DNA from: a virus
Reading direction: 5' to 3' (one strand)
DNA length: 64,000 nucleotides
Virus record (IMG/VR): IMGVR_UViG_3300042894_002524
Location: 25,828 to 89,827 of that record
Positions 10,474 through 21,005 of the stretch are shown piece after piece. Below the pieces are notes generated by a model. The model ran no database searches, was not told where the DNA came from, and saw nothing but the letters and a program-made list of their open reading frames with translations. The number at the start of each line of letters is the position of its first letter. Position 1 is the stretch's first letter. Both the position numbers and the translations under genes were made by a program.

Positions 10474-10663
10474 TATCCAGTTCTTGGAGTTTCGCTTCAA
10501 TCTGAGCATCAATGGATGCCCATAGTTTCTCCCAAGCCTTCTCATCCTCTGTGGATGAAGCTTTGGTTCTTGCACCGGCATCTAGCCTAAGTGATTCGTA
10601 GTTGCCAAGATTTTTGGTAACACCGATAGATGCCCAAATTTCAATTTCATTTTCCTGAGACAT
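10457..10663 (-). CDS. Small phage protein
   Basis: GVTKNLGNYESLRLDAG motif; overlaps neighbours. Confidence 0.75.
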   Translation of the reverse strand: MSQENEIEIWASIGVTKNLGNYESLRLDAGARTKASSTEDEKAWEKLWASIDAQIEAKLQELDNGTSK

Positions 10664-11105
10664 AACGCTCCTTTGTTGTTAACTTAACTTTATTGTTTAG
10701 TGTTTTTATTTTATTATCAATGCTGATACCAGCATCGTTCGTTGGTCTACCCGGATTTCTGGAGCTAAAAAACTCCACCATCTGATAAACATCGTCTTCA
10801 TTATAGTACCGCCAAGAGGAATACGCACCGTATTCAGAACCAAATTTTTCTGCACTTGGTATCAACCCTCTCTTTTCGTACTTCCGTATTGTATCGGGTC
10901 TTCTTTCAACAATCTTAGCAACTTCACCAACAGTATAAATACGCTTTAAAAGAAGCTCATTTTGTTGGAATGGAATAACAACCCTAGAATCATCAATAAG
11001 CTTTTCAACATAAATCTTATTTACAGATTTATTTATTTTCTTGATTTTAACGATAGTCCCGGAATACAAATAGAATTTATTTTGAATCAGTTTTGCTGTT
11101 AGCAT
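10647..11105 (-). CDS. MerR-type HTH DNA-binding protein
   Basis: YTVGEVAKIVERRPDTIRKYEKRGLIP...WRYYNEDD. Confidence 0.88.
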   Translation of the reverse strand: MLTAKLIQNKFYLYSGTIVKIKKINKSVNKIYVEKLIDDSRVVIPFQQNELLLKRIYTVGEVAKIVERRPDTIRKYEKRGLIPSAEKFGSEYGAYSSWRYYNEDDVYQMVEFFSSRNPGRPTNDAGISIDNKIKTLNNKVKLTTKERYVSGK

Positions 11106-11142
11106 CTCTTACTCTCTATATTCATTTCTATAAACTTAATTA

Positions 11143-12336
11143 TCAATCCAACCAGCAAGTGTACTCTGCTGTGACAATACCCTTCTCGGGGTGAACAAAC
11201 ATCAAAGGCTGTGAAGCTTGACCAACAGCTCCTAGAACCTCAATAGCATAAGTGTTAGTTGATTCTGGACTACCAGAAATACGACACTGCACTGTATTAA
11301 ATGTCATCTTTGTTGGAGTATGGAAGTGTCCAAAGTAAACATCATTGAACTCATCAATAAGATTCCCATCATTATCTTTGCGTTCAATTCCTCCAATCTT
11401 CCATCCATAAACTTTCTTCTGAAAAGAATAGAATGACGAAAGACTACCGAACTGATCTCCATGTATAAGCAATGACTTATACTTGCCAATTGAATCAATC
11501 GCATACCAATGGCGTTCACCACGACCATCCGGAATATTAAAAGAGATACGCTTTTCTCCGTCAAACATCAGTTCAACAATACGATAAAGCATTCTGTCAG
11601 CATTGGTTTCTGGGTCATGATCACGCCTTGCACGACCACCAATGGAACCATGATTACCAATGACCCCGACAAATGTAACCTTCTCAAAGTTGGCAAGCAT
11701 CTTCGTAATAAAGTTCTTCATGATTCTTGGACCATCAACAGTAATTTGACGATACAAACCACCATCTACAAGGAAGCTTTGTCCGGGAAAGATTAGCTCA
11801 CCCTCAACAATGTCTCCCAGTGCCCAAATGCGAATTTCACGCACAGGATGGTCTTGTCTTTGAATCTCAGTGAGGTGAATAATCTTGTCTGCGTACTGGT
11901 CAATTCTGCGTTCACAGACTTCAGTGTTATAGTCAGGAGTAACCTTAGCCAATTGCCAGTCTGCGATGACAGCGACTGCAACCTCCTCAGTGCCCTTCCT
12001 ACGGTCAGCAGGGGGTTTTGGAATAGGGACATACTTGTAGTCAGACAATCCTTCTTTAACCGCTCTGAACACGGCATTGGCAAGATGATCTTCCTTTGTC
12101 TTAATCTTCTCATATTCCTGAAGAAGCTTCGTATAGCTAATCTTCAATTCTGTTTCTGTTTGGGGTTCCCCCCCTGTTAATGCATCTTTAGGCATTGGAA
12201 CTAATCCATTCTCTTTTCTATATTTACAAAGACCCATTGTGTCGATTGATTTTCTACACGATGCGTCTGCATACTTTTGATTTGCCGTATTGGGTTCAAA
12301 CTCCAATGGGCATCCTTCGGTTTCACAAATTTTCAT
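11143..12336 (-). CDS. Calcineurin-like metallophosphoesterase/nuclease
   Basis: ADWQ, GDIVEG, GNHG, HGD and GHFH motifs; likely start MKICET just after a TACAAT element. Confidence 0.85.
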   Translation of the reverse strand: MKICETEGCPLEFEPNTANQKYADASCRKSIDTMGLCKYRKENGLVPMPKDALTGGEPQTETELKISYTKLLQEYEKIKTKEDHLANAVFRAVKEGLSDYKYVPIPKPPADRRKGTEEVAVAVIADWQLAKVTPDYNTEVCERRIDQYADKIIHLTEIQRQDHPVREIRIWALGDIVEGELIFPGQSFLVDGGLYRQITVDGPRIMKNFITKMLANFEKVTFVGVIGNHGSIGGRARRDHDPETNADRMLYRIVELMFDGEKRISFNIPDGRGERHWYAIDSIGKYKSLLIHGDQFGSLSSFYSFQKKVYGWKIGGIERKDNDGNLIDEFNDVYFGHFHTPTKMTFNTVQCRISGSPESTNTYAIEVLGAVGQASQPLMFVHPEKGIVTAEYTCWLD

Positions 12337-12368
12337 AAGGATAATTGTACACGCAAAGAATGCGTTTT

Positions 12369-12809
12369 TCACTCAAAATTGTTTTTTTTTGGTCGGGCAT
12401 CAAAACGAGGTTTCAAGCTCTTCTTTACAACCTTTTTTCTTTGTTTCATATTGGCTCGTAGCTTATCACGATGATCCTGAGTTGGGCGCTTTCCTTCTCT
12501 ATGAATTGCACTATGTTCAGGGTGTGTACAAAGAAACAAATTCTCTACACGATTATCACTTTTAATTTCATTAATGTGATGAACTGTTTCCCACGGATTA
12601 AGGAATCTACGGAGGTAGTGTTCAATGACTGCACGATGCTCATAGATATAGCCTTTAATATTGGAAGGATGTTCCGGCATTAAAACTCGGACATAACCTT
12701 TATCGTCTATGTATTTTCCACCTGCATAGTTAGGGTTTAAATCACCGACAGATGATCTATCTGTCCAAGGAATGTCTTTCCGCTGAGAGGCAAGCGGGCT
12801 TGAAGACAT
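12369..12809 (-). CDS. HNH endonuclease (free-standing, homing-type)
   Basis: KGYV...YEHR...VHHINEIKSDNRVENL. Confidence 0.9.
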   Translation of the reverse strand: MSSSPLASQRKDIPWTDRSSVGDLNPNYAGGKYIDDKGYVRVLMPEHPSNIKGYIYEHRAVIEHYLRRFLNPWETVHHINEIKSDNRVENLFLCTHPEHSAIHREGKRPTQDHRDKLRANMKQRKKVVKKSLKPRFDARPKKNNFE

Positions 12810-12812
12810 TTG

Positions 12813-13475
12813 TTATACAGACCCTCCGATGTCTTCTGCATAAAACTGCATTCTGGCATCGCTAGTGAGAATCTGAAAGGTTGGGTTATTGTTCTGAGTG
12901 GAACCATCATCTCTTGTGATTCCAATATAGTATCTTTTATTTGTAATACCAGAACTTGTACTGTCAAAAATTGTTGAGTAAGTTCCTGCACCAATTCTTG
13001 TTGCAAACGAAGAGGATTTAAGTTTATGATTTGCAATATTTGCATTAGCAGTATTTGTATCAACAAAAGTAAATGGACCAGCTGTTGCTTTCCAAGTTGA
13101 AAGAACCACTGGAGCAGCTGTTGTGCCCTCGTTTAGTGTGATTAAGTAAGTTGAATCCTCTGCACCTGCATTCAGGATACTGATTCCGGGGAATGAAAGA
13201 GTAAGTCTATAATAACGGTTAACGCCAACATTAACAAGGTTATTAACACCAGCACCACCCTCATTCTCCAAGGAAATAATCTCATGCTCCGTATTGAAGG
13301 ATGAGTAAGGACCGAATGTTGTACCAGAAATAGTCTTGATCTTGATAATACCCTTGGGGTTGTCATCGGTAGCGTCTTTAACCTGACCAATATTGGTAGA
13401 CATCTGACCCAGACGGTCACTTGAGATAGGTGTCCCCGGTGTCCAAGATACAAAGGAATAGTTTTCGTAAGCCAT
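12813..13475 (-). CDS. Tail-associated structural protein
   Basis: N-terminal W..GTPISSDRLGQM motif typical of fibre/baseplate proteins; beta-rich; follows the tail fibre gene. Confidence 0.6.
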   Translation of the reverse strand: MAYENYSFVSWTPGTPISSDRLGQMSTNIGQVKDATDDNPKGIIKIKTISGTTFGPYSSFNTEHEIISLENEGGAGVNNLVNVGVNRYYRLTLSFPGISILNAGAEDSTYLITLNEGTTAAPVVLSTWKATAGPFTFVDTNTANANIANHKLKSSSFATRIGAGTYSTIFDSTSSGITNKRYYIGITRDDGSTQNNNPTFQILTSDARMQFYAEDIGGSV

Positions 13476-13484
13476 GTCTACCTA

Positions 13485-15317
13485 TTATACACCTTCTAAG
13501 GCTTGTATTCTAGCCTTTAAATCGTCTATTTGGACTTGTTGAATTTTACATGTTTGCAATAGATAAAAAGGAATTAATTCACTATTTAGCCCATTAGGAA
13601 CCCCATCGGAGTAATCAATAAGATCTGTAAGACCAAGGCTGTCAAGTTGTTCAACAATAACACCTAATTGCTTTTCTTTCTCTGGAGCACCTTCAAAATT
13701 CCAATATTCATCTTTATAGTAAAAATTTACAACATCAACATTAAGAAAATTATTTACATCAATATTTGCGTCAATAACGCCCTCTTTATATTTCAAAGAT
13801 GAATGGTTTGGACCAGTAAATAAAGTTCCAGCAGCATTTATATAGATTGGTCTATCAGTAGAAACTCTAGTAACTTGTTTATTATAAAGGGTTTCATCTT
13901 GATTAATTCTAAAAACATAAGCACCAACACTCCCCGGTGCGCCAACGGCTCCGAATTCGGCATAACCATTTGCAGCATCAGAATAAACCTGCCCCCCATA
14001 ACGAAGGTTGTTAGACATATCAATACTAGTTCCAAATAGAGTACCTGTCATTGTGTCTCCAGCTGTAGCAACATAGTTGCTATGATTATGAGGATCCGAA
14101 GCATAGGGGTGTGAATGAGTATTGGCTTTACCAGCCAATCTAGTTATAAGGGATGTTCCATTAAGAATCACATCCTTGGTTGAAACAAAACTTGATACTA
14201 TTCGTGTTTCATTATAAGATCCATCTGCAGTCCCCAGAACTTTAATTCCCGGTTCCGAACCCATTATGTCAACTCTTACATAGTATTCACCAATACCGTA
14301 ATTAAAATCTTTTCTATAAACCTGTATTTCACCAACAGAATCTAACTTTACATACTGACCATACGAATTATCCCCAACATAATCTCCAGCGAATAAGTCA
14401 GAACCGCTCAACTCTAGACCACCAATTCTTCCGAAATCAGCGTTAATTGTTCCAGTAACATTTGCACCAGTTGCTGTTAATGCTCCAGCTGCTGAAAGTG
14501 TGTAACCACCATTGGTTATTTGACCATTGGAAGCAATGGTTGTAGCTCCAATTGCCATACTGCCATTGGAATAAAGATATGTTGAACCGCCATATATTCT
14601 TGCTGTATCAATTGTCCAACCACCAATTGCTCCTGATCCCGATGTAATTGTTCCAGTAATGTTTGCGTTAGTTGCTGTGACATTTCCACCAGCAGTTACA
14701 TTAAAACTGGTGCTACTTATTGCACCAGTATTTGAGATTGTAAGGTTCGGAGTCAATAGAGAGTTTGCAGCAACCGAACCACGAATCTTTGATGAATCAA
14801 AAACAGCCTCTCCTGCGCTTGTTATAGCCCAACCAACTGTTCCTATGTTTGAAATTGATCCATTAGACTCAATAATGCCATTCCAGTTTTGACTTGTGAT
14901 TCTATTGTTGATCAGAACAATGTTTGATGAAAGCTCATTAGCAGTAATTGTTCCTGCAGAAATCTCAGCTGCAGTAATTGTGTTAGCAGCAAGCTGATTT
15001 GCTGTAATTGTATTAGCAATGATTAATGAGCCATTCAATGACCCCGGCTCTAGGCGGATACCGGCAGGTGCAAGAACGGAGTTATTAACAACCCTCTTAA
15101 TTAAATCTTCAAATGCGATTCGGTTATTCTCTTGACGAACAGATCTATCTGGATTTACCTCTGTTCCAACAAAGGTCGGAGAGAAATCATAAATTGAGTA
15201 AGCAGTTGAATCAATTAATGACGAGTTTCTACCGTTATGAGAGTGACCACCAGCAGGGGAGAATACAATTGTGTTTTCAGAAGCACCAGATGTTGAAGCA
15301 ATTCTAATTCTTGCCAT
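13485..15317 (-). CDS. Tail fibre with C-terminal intramolecular chaperone (peptidase S74-like)
   Basis: ITAxxL repeats, G-x-IGG repeats, HxH motifs, SSLKYK...LGVIVEQ, terminal coiled coil. Confidence 0.88.
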   Translation of the reverse strand: MARIRIASTSGASENTIVFSPAGGHSHNGRNSSLIDSTAYSIYDFSPTFVGTEVNPDRSVRQENNRIAFEDLIKRVVNNSVLAPAGIRLEPGSLNGSLIIANTITANQLAANTITAAEISAGTITANELSSNIVLINNRITSQNWNGIIESNGSISNIGTVGWAITSAGEAVFDSSKIRGSVAANSLLTPNLTISNTGAISSTSFNVTAGGNVTATNANITGTITSGSGAIGGWTIDTARIYGGSTYLYSNGSMAIGATTIASNGQITNGGYTLSAAGALTATGANVTGTINADFGRIGGLELSGSDLFAGDYVGDNSYGQYVKLDSVGEIQVYRKDFNYGIGEYYVRVDIMGSEPGIKVLGTADGSYNETRIVSSFVSTKDVILNGTSLITRLAGKANTHSHPYASDPHNHSNYVATAGDTMTGTLFGTSIDMSNNLRYGGQVYSDAANGYAEFGAVGAPGSVGAYVFRINQDETLYNKQVTRVSTDRPIYINAAGTLFTGPNHSSLKYKEGVIDANIDVNNFLNVDVVNFYYKDEYWNFEGAPEKEKQLGVIVEQLDSLGLTDLIDYSDGVPNGLNSELIPFYLLQTCKIQQVQIDDLKARIQALEGV

Positions 15318-18300
15318 TAGACAACCTTCCTTAATGTAATTGAATGATCTAAGGAATCTCCAACACTCATGCTGTGGGAGACAACCCAGTAATCACTATT
15401 AATTATATCAAGTGAATTCATAGAGGTAATGCGAATCTTATCACCCAATTGTAGTTTAGGCATAGCCATTGCGTTGATATTGATAATAGGGACAGGTTCC
15501 GCCAATTTGGAAATCATGAAATTAGCTATTTTTGTAGCGTGTTCTGCATCTGTAATATAAGGATTATCAATTACAATTTCCTTTAGACCGTATTTTCTAA
15601 TGTCTGAAGCAAGTGTTCCGCTCTGCGTCTTAACCTGACTTGCCTGTTCTGTGGTAAGAATCGGTGTACCAGCAATTGATGTCAATTGGACTTCCCCTGT
15701 AAGGGGGTTTGTTCCCTGAAGGTAAGCAAAACTATTTGCCTCAACGGAGTTTGAAGCGACCATAATTAACTCAGCACCATAAGCCGTTGGCAAGAACCTG
15801 TGAATTTCCACAAGGTCTGGGTCTTCATAGCGAATAGCACTGATGAAGGGGCTTTGGATGTCGAAGGCAGGAGCTTTGTCATATTTGATGTCGTAATATT
15901 TAACTTCCCGCACTTTTGCTGCTGTGGTATGTGCAGCAGCAACTGTGTCAAACTGCGCTCTCTCAAGACCATTGAAAGAATTTGATGTAATCGATGTGTA
16001 TTTTACAATCTCACTATCAATCTTTAAATAACCGTTCTTCGGGAATGGGGGATTGTCGGTTGTATCAACGATAATACTTGTTGAAGATGATGTTGCGTTT
16101 GCAGCCAGTGTGACAACACCGAGAGTTGTTGGGTCTTCTGCGTTCCAAAGACCTTGACGACCCTGAAGGATTGATGTCAGTCCGGCAATATTCACCGTTA
16201 CCTTGTTAACTTGAAGCTGAACACTGAAGTCAGCGGATGTGATGTGTGTATCGCCAGAAATTGACGCTTGGACATTTGCGTGTTGATCAATTGAAGACTC
16301 AAAGAATCTATTGAAGTGGTCATACCTTGAGTTATCTGTTTCTTCAATATACATACGACCAAAATCAGCCAAAGAGATAGTGTCAATAATTTCTCTAATA
16401 CTATTATCATTACCGTACAAGAAAGGGAACACAGTTAATGGTTGAATCTTAGTGGCAATGTATCTATTAGTTATTTGCTCTTGACTTAAAAATGTATTGT
16501 AAATTGCAAACTCATCAATTACAAAGTTTGCGTATGAAGATGGAGCAGTCTCTCCATAAGGCGTTACATTATCAACATACTCCGTATAAGAAGAACCTCT
16601 ACCACCAATTGTAATATCATCTGAAGCCCAAGTAATTGGTGCAGATGCTAGTGCAGTAGAATTTTTAAGAACACCATCTACATAGTAATAAACACGAGAA
16701 CCATCACATGTAACTAAAAGGTGAGAGAAATTTGCGGTTGAGAGAGCTGTTGATGAAGACACCGTGACTAACCCCGTTGCTGTATATATCTTAAACCCAT
16801 GAGATGATGATGTATTGAAGAAAGCAAAACCATTGGAGACAGCTCCCGTATTCCAGTTTGACAAGTATTCTCCGCCACTAGCAAATACGCTAGGAAACTT
16901 TGCAAAAATCTCTATTGACCAACGACCAGTATAATTCACACTAGCACTATTTACGATGTCAAGTGATGAGTGGTAGGGGATTCTTATATAGCTCGTTCCG
17001 GTCAAGGATACAGATTTATTGTCCGGTTCAGAGACCAACCCTGTTGGTTGAGCGAGAAGGGGAAGGTTGTTATAAATTGCATCATTCTTGTGGTGGTTGG
17101 CATTCTTGTTAGAAATCACAGGAGAAGCATCCCTAGAGCCTATTGCGTCAAAGGCTACGATGGTTGCGCAGTCTGTAGCTGGAACTATTTCGTCAGTACC
17201 GCCAATTGATCTCCAGAATTCCAAATCAAACTTTGAGGGTTGAACCAAATCAATCCAAGCTTCTTGGATTGTATGAAGGGCTGCAGCATAAATTGAAGCT
17301 GCTGTTGTTGCACCTGTTGCAAACTTTCCAAGATGAAAACCGGTTGCAATGTAGTGATTAATTGCAGTTGTGTTATCAACAATAATTCCATTAACAACTG
17401 TTGGTATAACAACTTCATTGGCTCCATCATTAAAACTTATTGAGCGAAGAGTGCTTACTGTTCCATCATCATTTTCAACAATAGGTCTATTAGTTAAAGT
17501 TATGTTACCAGCTGTCTGTAACGAAGCAGATGTTGCGTAAAGTGTTGAGGGAAGACCTGCTGCAACAATCTCACCGGATGTCGGATATACCGATGTGTTG
17601 AATGTGTGAAAGAATTCGATTCTAATCTTGTAAGGAATACCAGCATCTAAATCAAGATTTTGGGATATAGTGCTTGATACATCAGTTAATACTCCAACAT
17701 GATTAAACCATTCATTAATAATTAAATTTTCATCAAAGAATACGCGAACACCGCCATTCTTGACTTTCATAAATAACTCTTGAACACCAGATTCGCTTGG
17801 AATATAGTATCCATCAATAACACCGTTGTAATAAATATCATTGACCTCACCCCCAAAAGATGTGAACTCGTAATCTTCAAGAGATACGGCTGCACCCGCA
17901 TTTGAATCAACCAGATCCTTTGATAGCGCAACATAGCTGGGGGAGATGAATGCCTTGAGACCAAGAGCTTTGTCCATATCTGATAATTGTTTATCCATTG
18001 CATCAGCAACAATATCTGTTACAAGATATTCTTTACCGCTTGGAATACCCCAGAACCTTGCTCTCAAACCTGTTGATGGAACAACGACATTGGCTGATCT
18101 ATCAATTGTTGGTTCATTAAAAGAATACTGAGCAATTGCCCCAATCCTCTTTGGCTCATCAATGTAACGGACAAGTTGTTTGTAGTCAGCTTGTGGGAAA
18201 TTACCCATCATCAATAGATTCCCAATAGCATCGCCAGCAGTTGTGGTCTGCAAGAAGAAACCTTTTGTAATTTGCTTTTCTGTCAAGAACTTTGATGCGT

Positions 18301-19552
18301 CATTAGCTTTAATGGAGACCTGCATTGATGAAGAACCTGACCATTCATCAACATAAAATGTCCCGGCATGGACATACTCATATGGGTCAAATGTGACAGT
18401 AGCGTTTGCTGAATGGGCTTTTGCAACAGTATTTCCATAACCACGAGATTCAACTGTCAATTGTCTTGTTCCAGACTTACTGGAGACAAGAACATATTCT
18501 TCATCCTGAGTATTAGGGGAAAGAATGATTACAAAAGAATTACCTGCACCACCATCAGGAAAGATATCCCCATCTTTAACCATGATTGTTGAAGAGGAAT
18601 TTGATATTGAACTCAAAAGCTGTGTCGTTGAAATGACATCATCTGTTTTCTTAATCCTCCAACCATTAGCAATAGTTATCTTTAAATCTTTTTTCATATA
18701 AGGTCCAAATATTGATCCAGAGCTGAACATATTAAATTCTTTATTTGTGTTATCTAGCGTAATGGATGCAGAAGAAGAACCTGTGCCAGCAATTGGCAAG
18801 CTTGTATCATGCAAGTCCCTTGTTCTATCAACTGAATGAGAGATGACATAATCTGTCAAATCAGTTTCATAAATAGGAGACACCTCTTGAATCCTTGCAT
18901 TATCAACAGGGTTCTTTGTTGAGTGAACAAGGACTTTGATTCTATAAACATCTTGTGAAGCAAGGGCTGCTGAGACCCAATGATCAACAAAATAAGCATC
19001 ATCAGGCATTGTTCCATCTTCTTGCAGAATCAATGTTAATGTTGAGTTATAAACATATAAAGTATAATCTTTAATTCGACCATTGAATTCAGATGTTGCA
19101 ACCCTAATTCTGTTTACTTTTCTCTGTGTAAAAGTATATTCAACATATGGCTCAGTAACGAAACCATAACCATTGTATGTTCCCGATGCGGATGACTGAC
19201 TTTTATTTGTTGACCACCATCCGTACTTGTAATGATCGTCAAGATTTGTTGGCATTGTGTACCATGTGCCATCAGCGGTGATTACTTGACCATTAACATC
19301 CTTGGAATCACATACACCCCAAGTGAAGCCTTGTCTGTCATTTCCACTCATAGAATTTTGTGGACTGAAGTAGTAGCTAGAGCTTCTCTCTCCGGCAACA
19401 TTCGCTGAGTTAGTGGTTGTTGTTAAGTTATCAATATGACGGCTATCCAGCCATTGAATTTTAACTCTAGGTTTTACTTTTTGAGCGTATGCGCTAATAG
19501 CTGTATTGAAAGAATCAGACAGTGTTTTCCCATAAATGTCTTTAGTTAGCAT
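15317..19552 (-). CDS. Large tail-tip protein with PA14-like and LamG-like domains
   Basis: Position after distal tail genes; GLRARFW...GVRVFFDENLIINEW (PA14-like); WSIEIF...YVDG...IDEFAIYN (LamG-like); C-terminal PKLQLGDKI. Confidence 0.85.
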   Translation of the reverse strand: MLTKDIYGKTLSDSFNTAISAYAQKVKPRVKIQWLDSRHIDNLTTTTNSANVAGERSSSYYFSPQNSMSGNDRQGFTWGVCDSKDVNGQVITADGTWYTMPTNLDDHYKYGWWSTNKSQSSASGTYNGYGFVTEPYVEYTFTQRKVNRIRVATSEFNGRIKDYTLYVYNSTLTLILQEDGTMPDDAYFVDHWVSAALASQDVYRIKVLVHSTKNPVDNARIQEVSPIYETDLTDYVISHSVDRTRDLHDTSLPIAGTGSSSASITLDNTNKEFNMFSSGSIFGPYMKKDLKITIANGWRIKKTDDVISTTQLLSSISNSSSTIMVKDGDIFPDGGAGNSFVIILSPNTQDEEYVLVSSKSGTRQLTVESRGYGNTVAKAHSANATVTFDPYEYVHAGTFYVDEWSGSSSMQVSIKANDASKFLTEKQITKGFFLQTTTAGDAIGNLLMMGNFPQADYKQLVRYIDEPKRIGAIAQYSFNEPTIDRSANVVVPSTGLRARFWGIPSGKEYLVTDIVADAMDKQLSDMDKALGLKAFISPSYVALSKDLVDSNAGAAVSLEDYEFTSFGGEVNDIYYNGVIDGYYIPSESGVQELFMKVKNGGVRVFFDENLIINEWFNHVGVLTDVSSTISQNLDLDAGIPYKIRIEFFHTFNTSVYPTSGEIVAAGLPSTLYATSASLQTAGNITLTNRPIVENDDGTVSTLRSISFNDGANEVVIPTVVNGIIVDNTTAINHYIATGFHLGKFATGATTAASIYAAALHTIQEAWIDLVQPSKFDLEFWRSIGGTDEIVPATDCATIVAFDAIGSRDASPVISNKNANHHKNDAIYNNLPLLAQPTGLVSEPDNKSVSLTGTSYIRIPYHSSLDIVNSASVNYTGRWSIEIFAKFPSVFASGGEYLSNWNTGAVSNGFAFFNTSSSHGFKIYTATGLVTVSSSTALSTANFSHLLVTCDGSRVYYYVDGVLKNSTALASAPITWASDDITIGGRGSSYTEYVDNVTPYGETAPSSYANFVIDEFAIYNTFLSQEQITNRYIATKIQPLTVFPFLYGNDNSIREIIDTISLADFGRMYIEETDNSRYDHFNRFFESSIDQHANVQASISGDTHITSADFSVQLQVNKVTVNIAGLTSILQGRQGLWNAEDPTTLGVVTLAANATSSSTSIIVDTTDNPPFPKNGYLKIDSEIVKYTSITSNSFNGLERAQFDTVAAAHTTAAKVREVKYYDIKYDKAPAFDIQSPFISAIRYEDPDLVEIHRFLPTAYGAELIMVASNSVEANSFAYLQGTNPLTGEVQLTSIAGTPILTTEQASQVKTQSGTLASDIRKYGLKEIVIDNPYITDAEHATKIANFMISKLAEPVPIININAMAMPKLQLGDKIRITSMNSLDIINSDYWVVSHSMSVGDSLDHSITLRKVV

Positions 19553-20610
19553 TACACTTCTTCCAATGTCATATTACAGTCCCAATAGTATACACCATTA
19601 ATCAAATCTCTCCTTAACAGGGTTTCTGAATAGTCTTTTATAAAGACCTGATATTGAGTTTCAGTGTATGGAGTTGTGTTGTTTGAATCATCGTTAATCA
19701 TCTTGAGAGTGTGAACATCAGGGTCATTAGCAATACCTTTCAGGAAGTCTCTAGCATGTCTTCTGTCAATCGTGTCCTGTCTGGAGTTAGGAAGGTATGT
19801 CCAAGCCAAGGTGAATGTTTTTCTGCCCGCTGAACCCGACCTCTTGTAATACCTTGACTTCTCGTTATTCCAATTCTTGTTTTCAATAATAACCTGAGAT
19901 AAATCACTACTAAATGTACGACCTTGGTTTGTTAATGGACTGCCATCAATTACGAATAATGTTTGATAGTTGGATGTATCTATAGCCCCATTTGCTTTAA
20001 ACCTTATCATGTTAACAAATAGGCTTGGTGTTAAAGTACTGATGCTTGCCGTTGCAAAGTTAATTTTCTTACCGACTAATACCGTTGTAAGCATGGCGTT
20101 AATGGAAACACTTGCTTTTACAATCTCATGGGAATCAGCCAAAACTTCCAATGAGGCATTAATTGATGCAGCAGCTTTTTTGATTGCCAAACTAGAGACA
20201 GCTGTTGATAATTCACCAGATGTAGCGGATAATGCCTTCTGTATCTCAATAGCAGATGCTGATACAGATGAGGTTGCACTGATGGATATCTCTGCTTTTG
20301 CAATCTTCATGGATGAGGGGCTTGCGGAAAGATCAAATGAAGGAGAAGACGATGTAAACGCTATTTTTGTGCCAGAAGTATTAACATTTGAGTAGACATG
20401 AATATCAACTCTTTCGTACTGGAACTCTGTGCCCGAAATTAACAAGTCAGAAGTTATATCAATACTTACCGCAATGGTCCGAATTCTTGTTCCAGAAGCT
20501 GAGGCTGATAAATCTCCAGATAAAGTAATACCAGTTTGTGAAACAGCAATACCAAAGAAGTCAATACCGAGTTTTAAGTTCTCGGTAATATGAGTTATAT
20601 AACCGGGCAT
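19552..20610 (-). CDS. Minor tail protein (C-terminal Dit-like domain, paralogous to 20610..21005)
   Basis: C-terminus shares xYLP...DxRxxRxxL...YSETLxxRD...LEE with the adjacent gene. Confidence 0.7.
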   Translation of the reverse strand: MPGYITHITENLKLGIDFFGIAVSQTGITLSGDLSASASGTRIRTIAVSIDITSDLLISGTEFQYERVDIHVYSNVNTSGTKIAFTSSSPSFDLSASPSSMKIAKAEISISATSSVSASAIEIQKALSATSGELSTAVSSLAIKKAAASINASLEVLADSHEIVKASVSINAMLTTVLVGKKINFATASISTLTPSLFVNMIRFKANGAIDTSNYQTLFVIDGSPLTNQGRTFSSDLSQVIIENKNWNNEKSRYYKRSGSAGRKTFTLAWTYLPNSRQDTIDRRHARDFLKGIANDPDVHTLKMINDDSNNTTPYTETQYQVFIKDYSETLLRRDLINGVYYWDCNMTLEEV

Positions 20611-21005
20611 TACGCTTCCTCTAACGCTATTGAGACATCATAATAAGCACACTGACTTGCAACATCTCTTTTAATCAATGTCTCTGAGTAACTTGTAACA
20701 TAAGCGTCATATTGCTGTGGTGCTTCTTCTGGACCAAGCTGAATATAAACAGCAACCTTGCCCCGCTTATTTGCAAGCGTCTGAAGATAGTTGCGACCAA
20801 CACGAGCATCTACTGTATGGATAGAAAGACTCGGGAGGTAAGAGAAAGAGAGGGACATTGTTTTCTTGTTCTTCTTGATATATCTTTTATTGATACCAGA
20901 ATCAAGCTCAACATCGGATGCAGCAATAGATTCACTGCCTGAATACTTACGACTATGCTCTGTGATCTCAACCCCGTCTAGGGACAATAGTTTTACAATA
21001 CTCAT
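20610..21005 (-). CDS. Distal tail (Dit-like) protein
   Basis: Immediately follows the tape measure; ends LEEA. Confidence 0.7.
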   Translation of the reverse strand: MSIVKLLSLDGVEITEHSRKYSGSESIAASDVELDSGINKRYIKKNKKTMSLSFSYLPSLSIHTVDARVGRNYLQTLANKRGKVAVYIQLGPEEAPQQYDAYVTSYSETLIKRDVASQCAYYDVSIALEEA

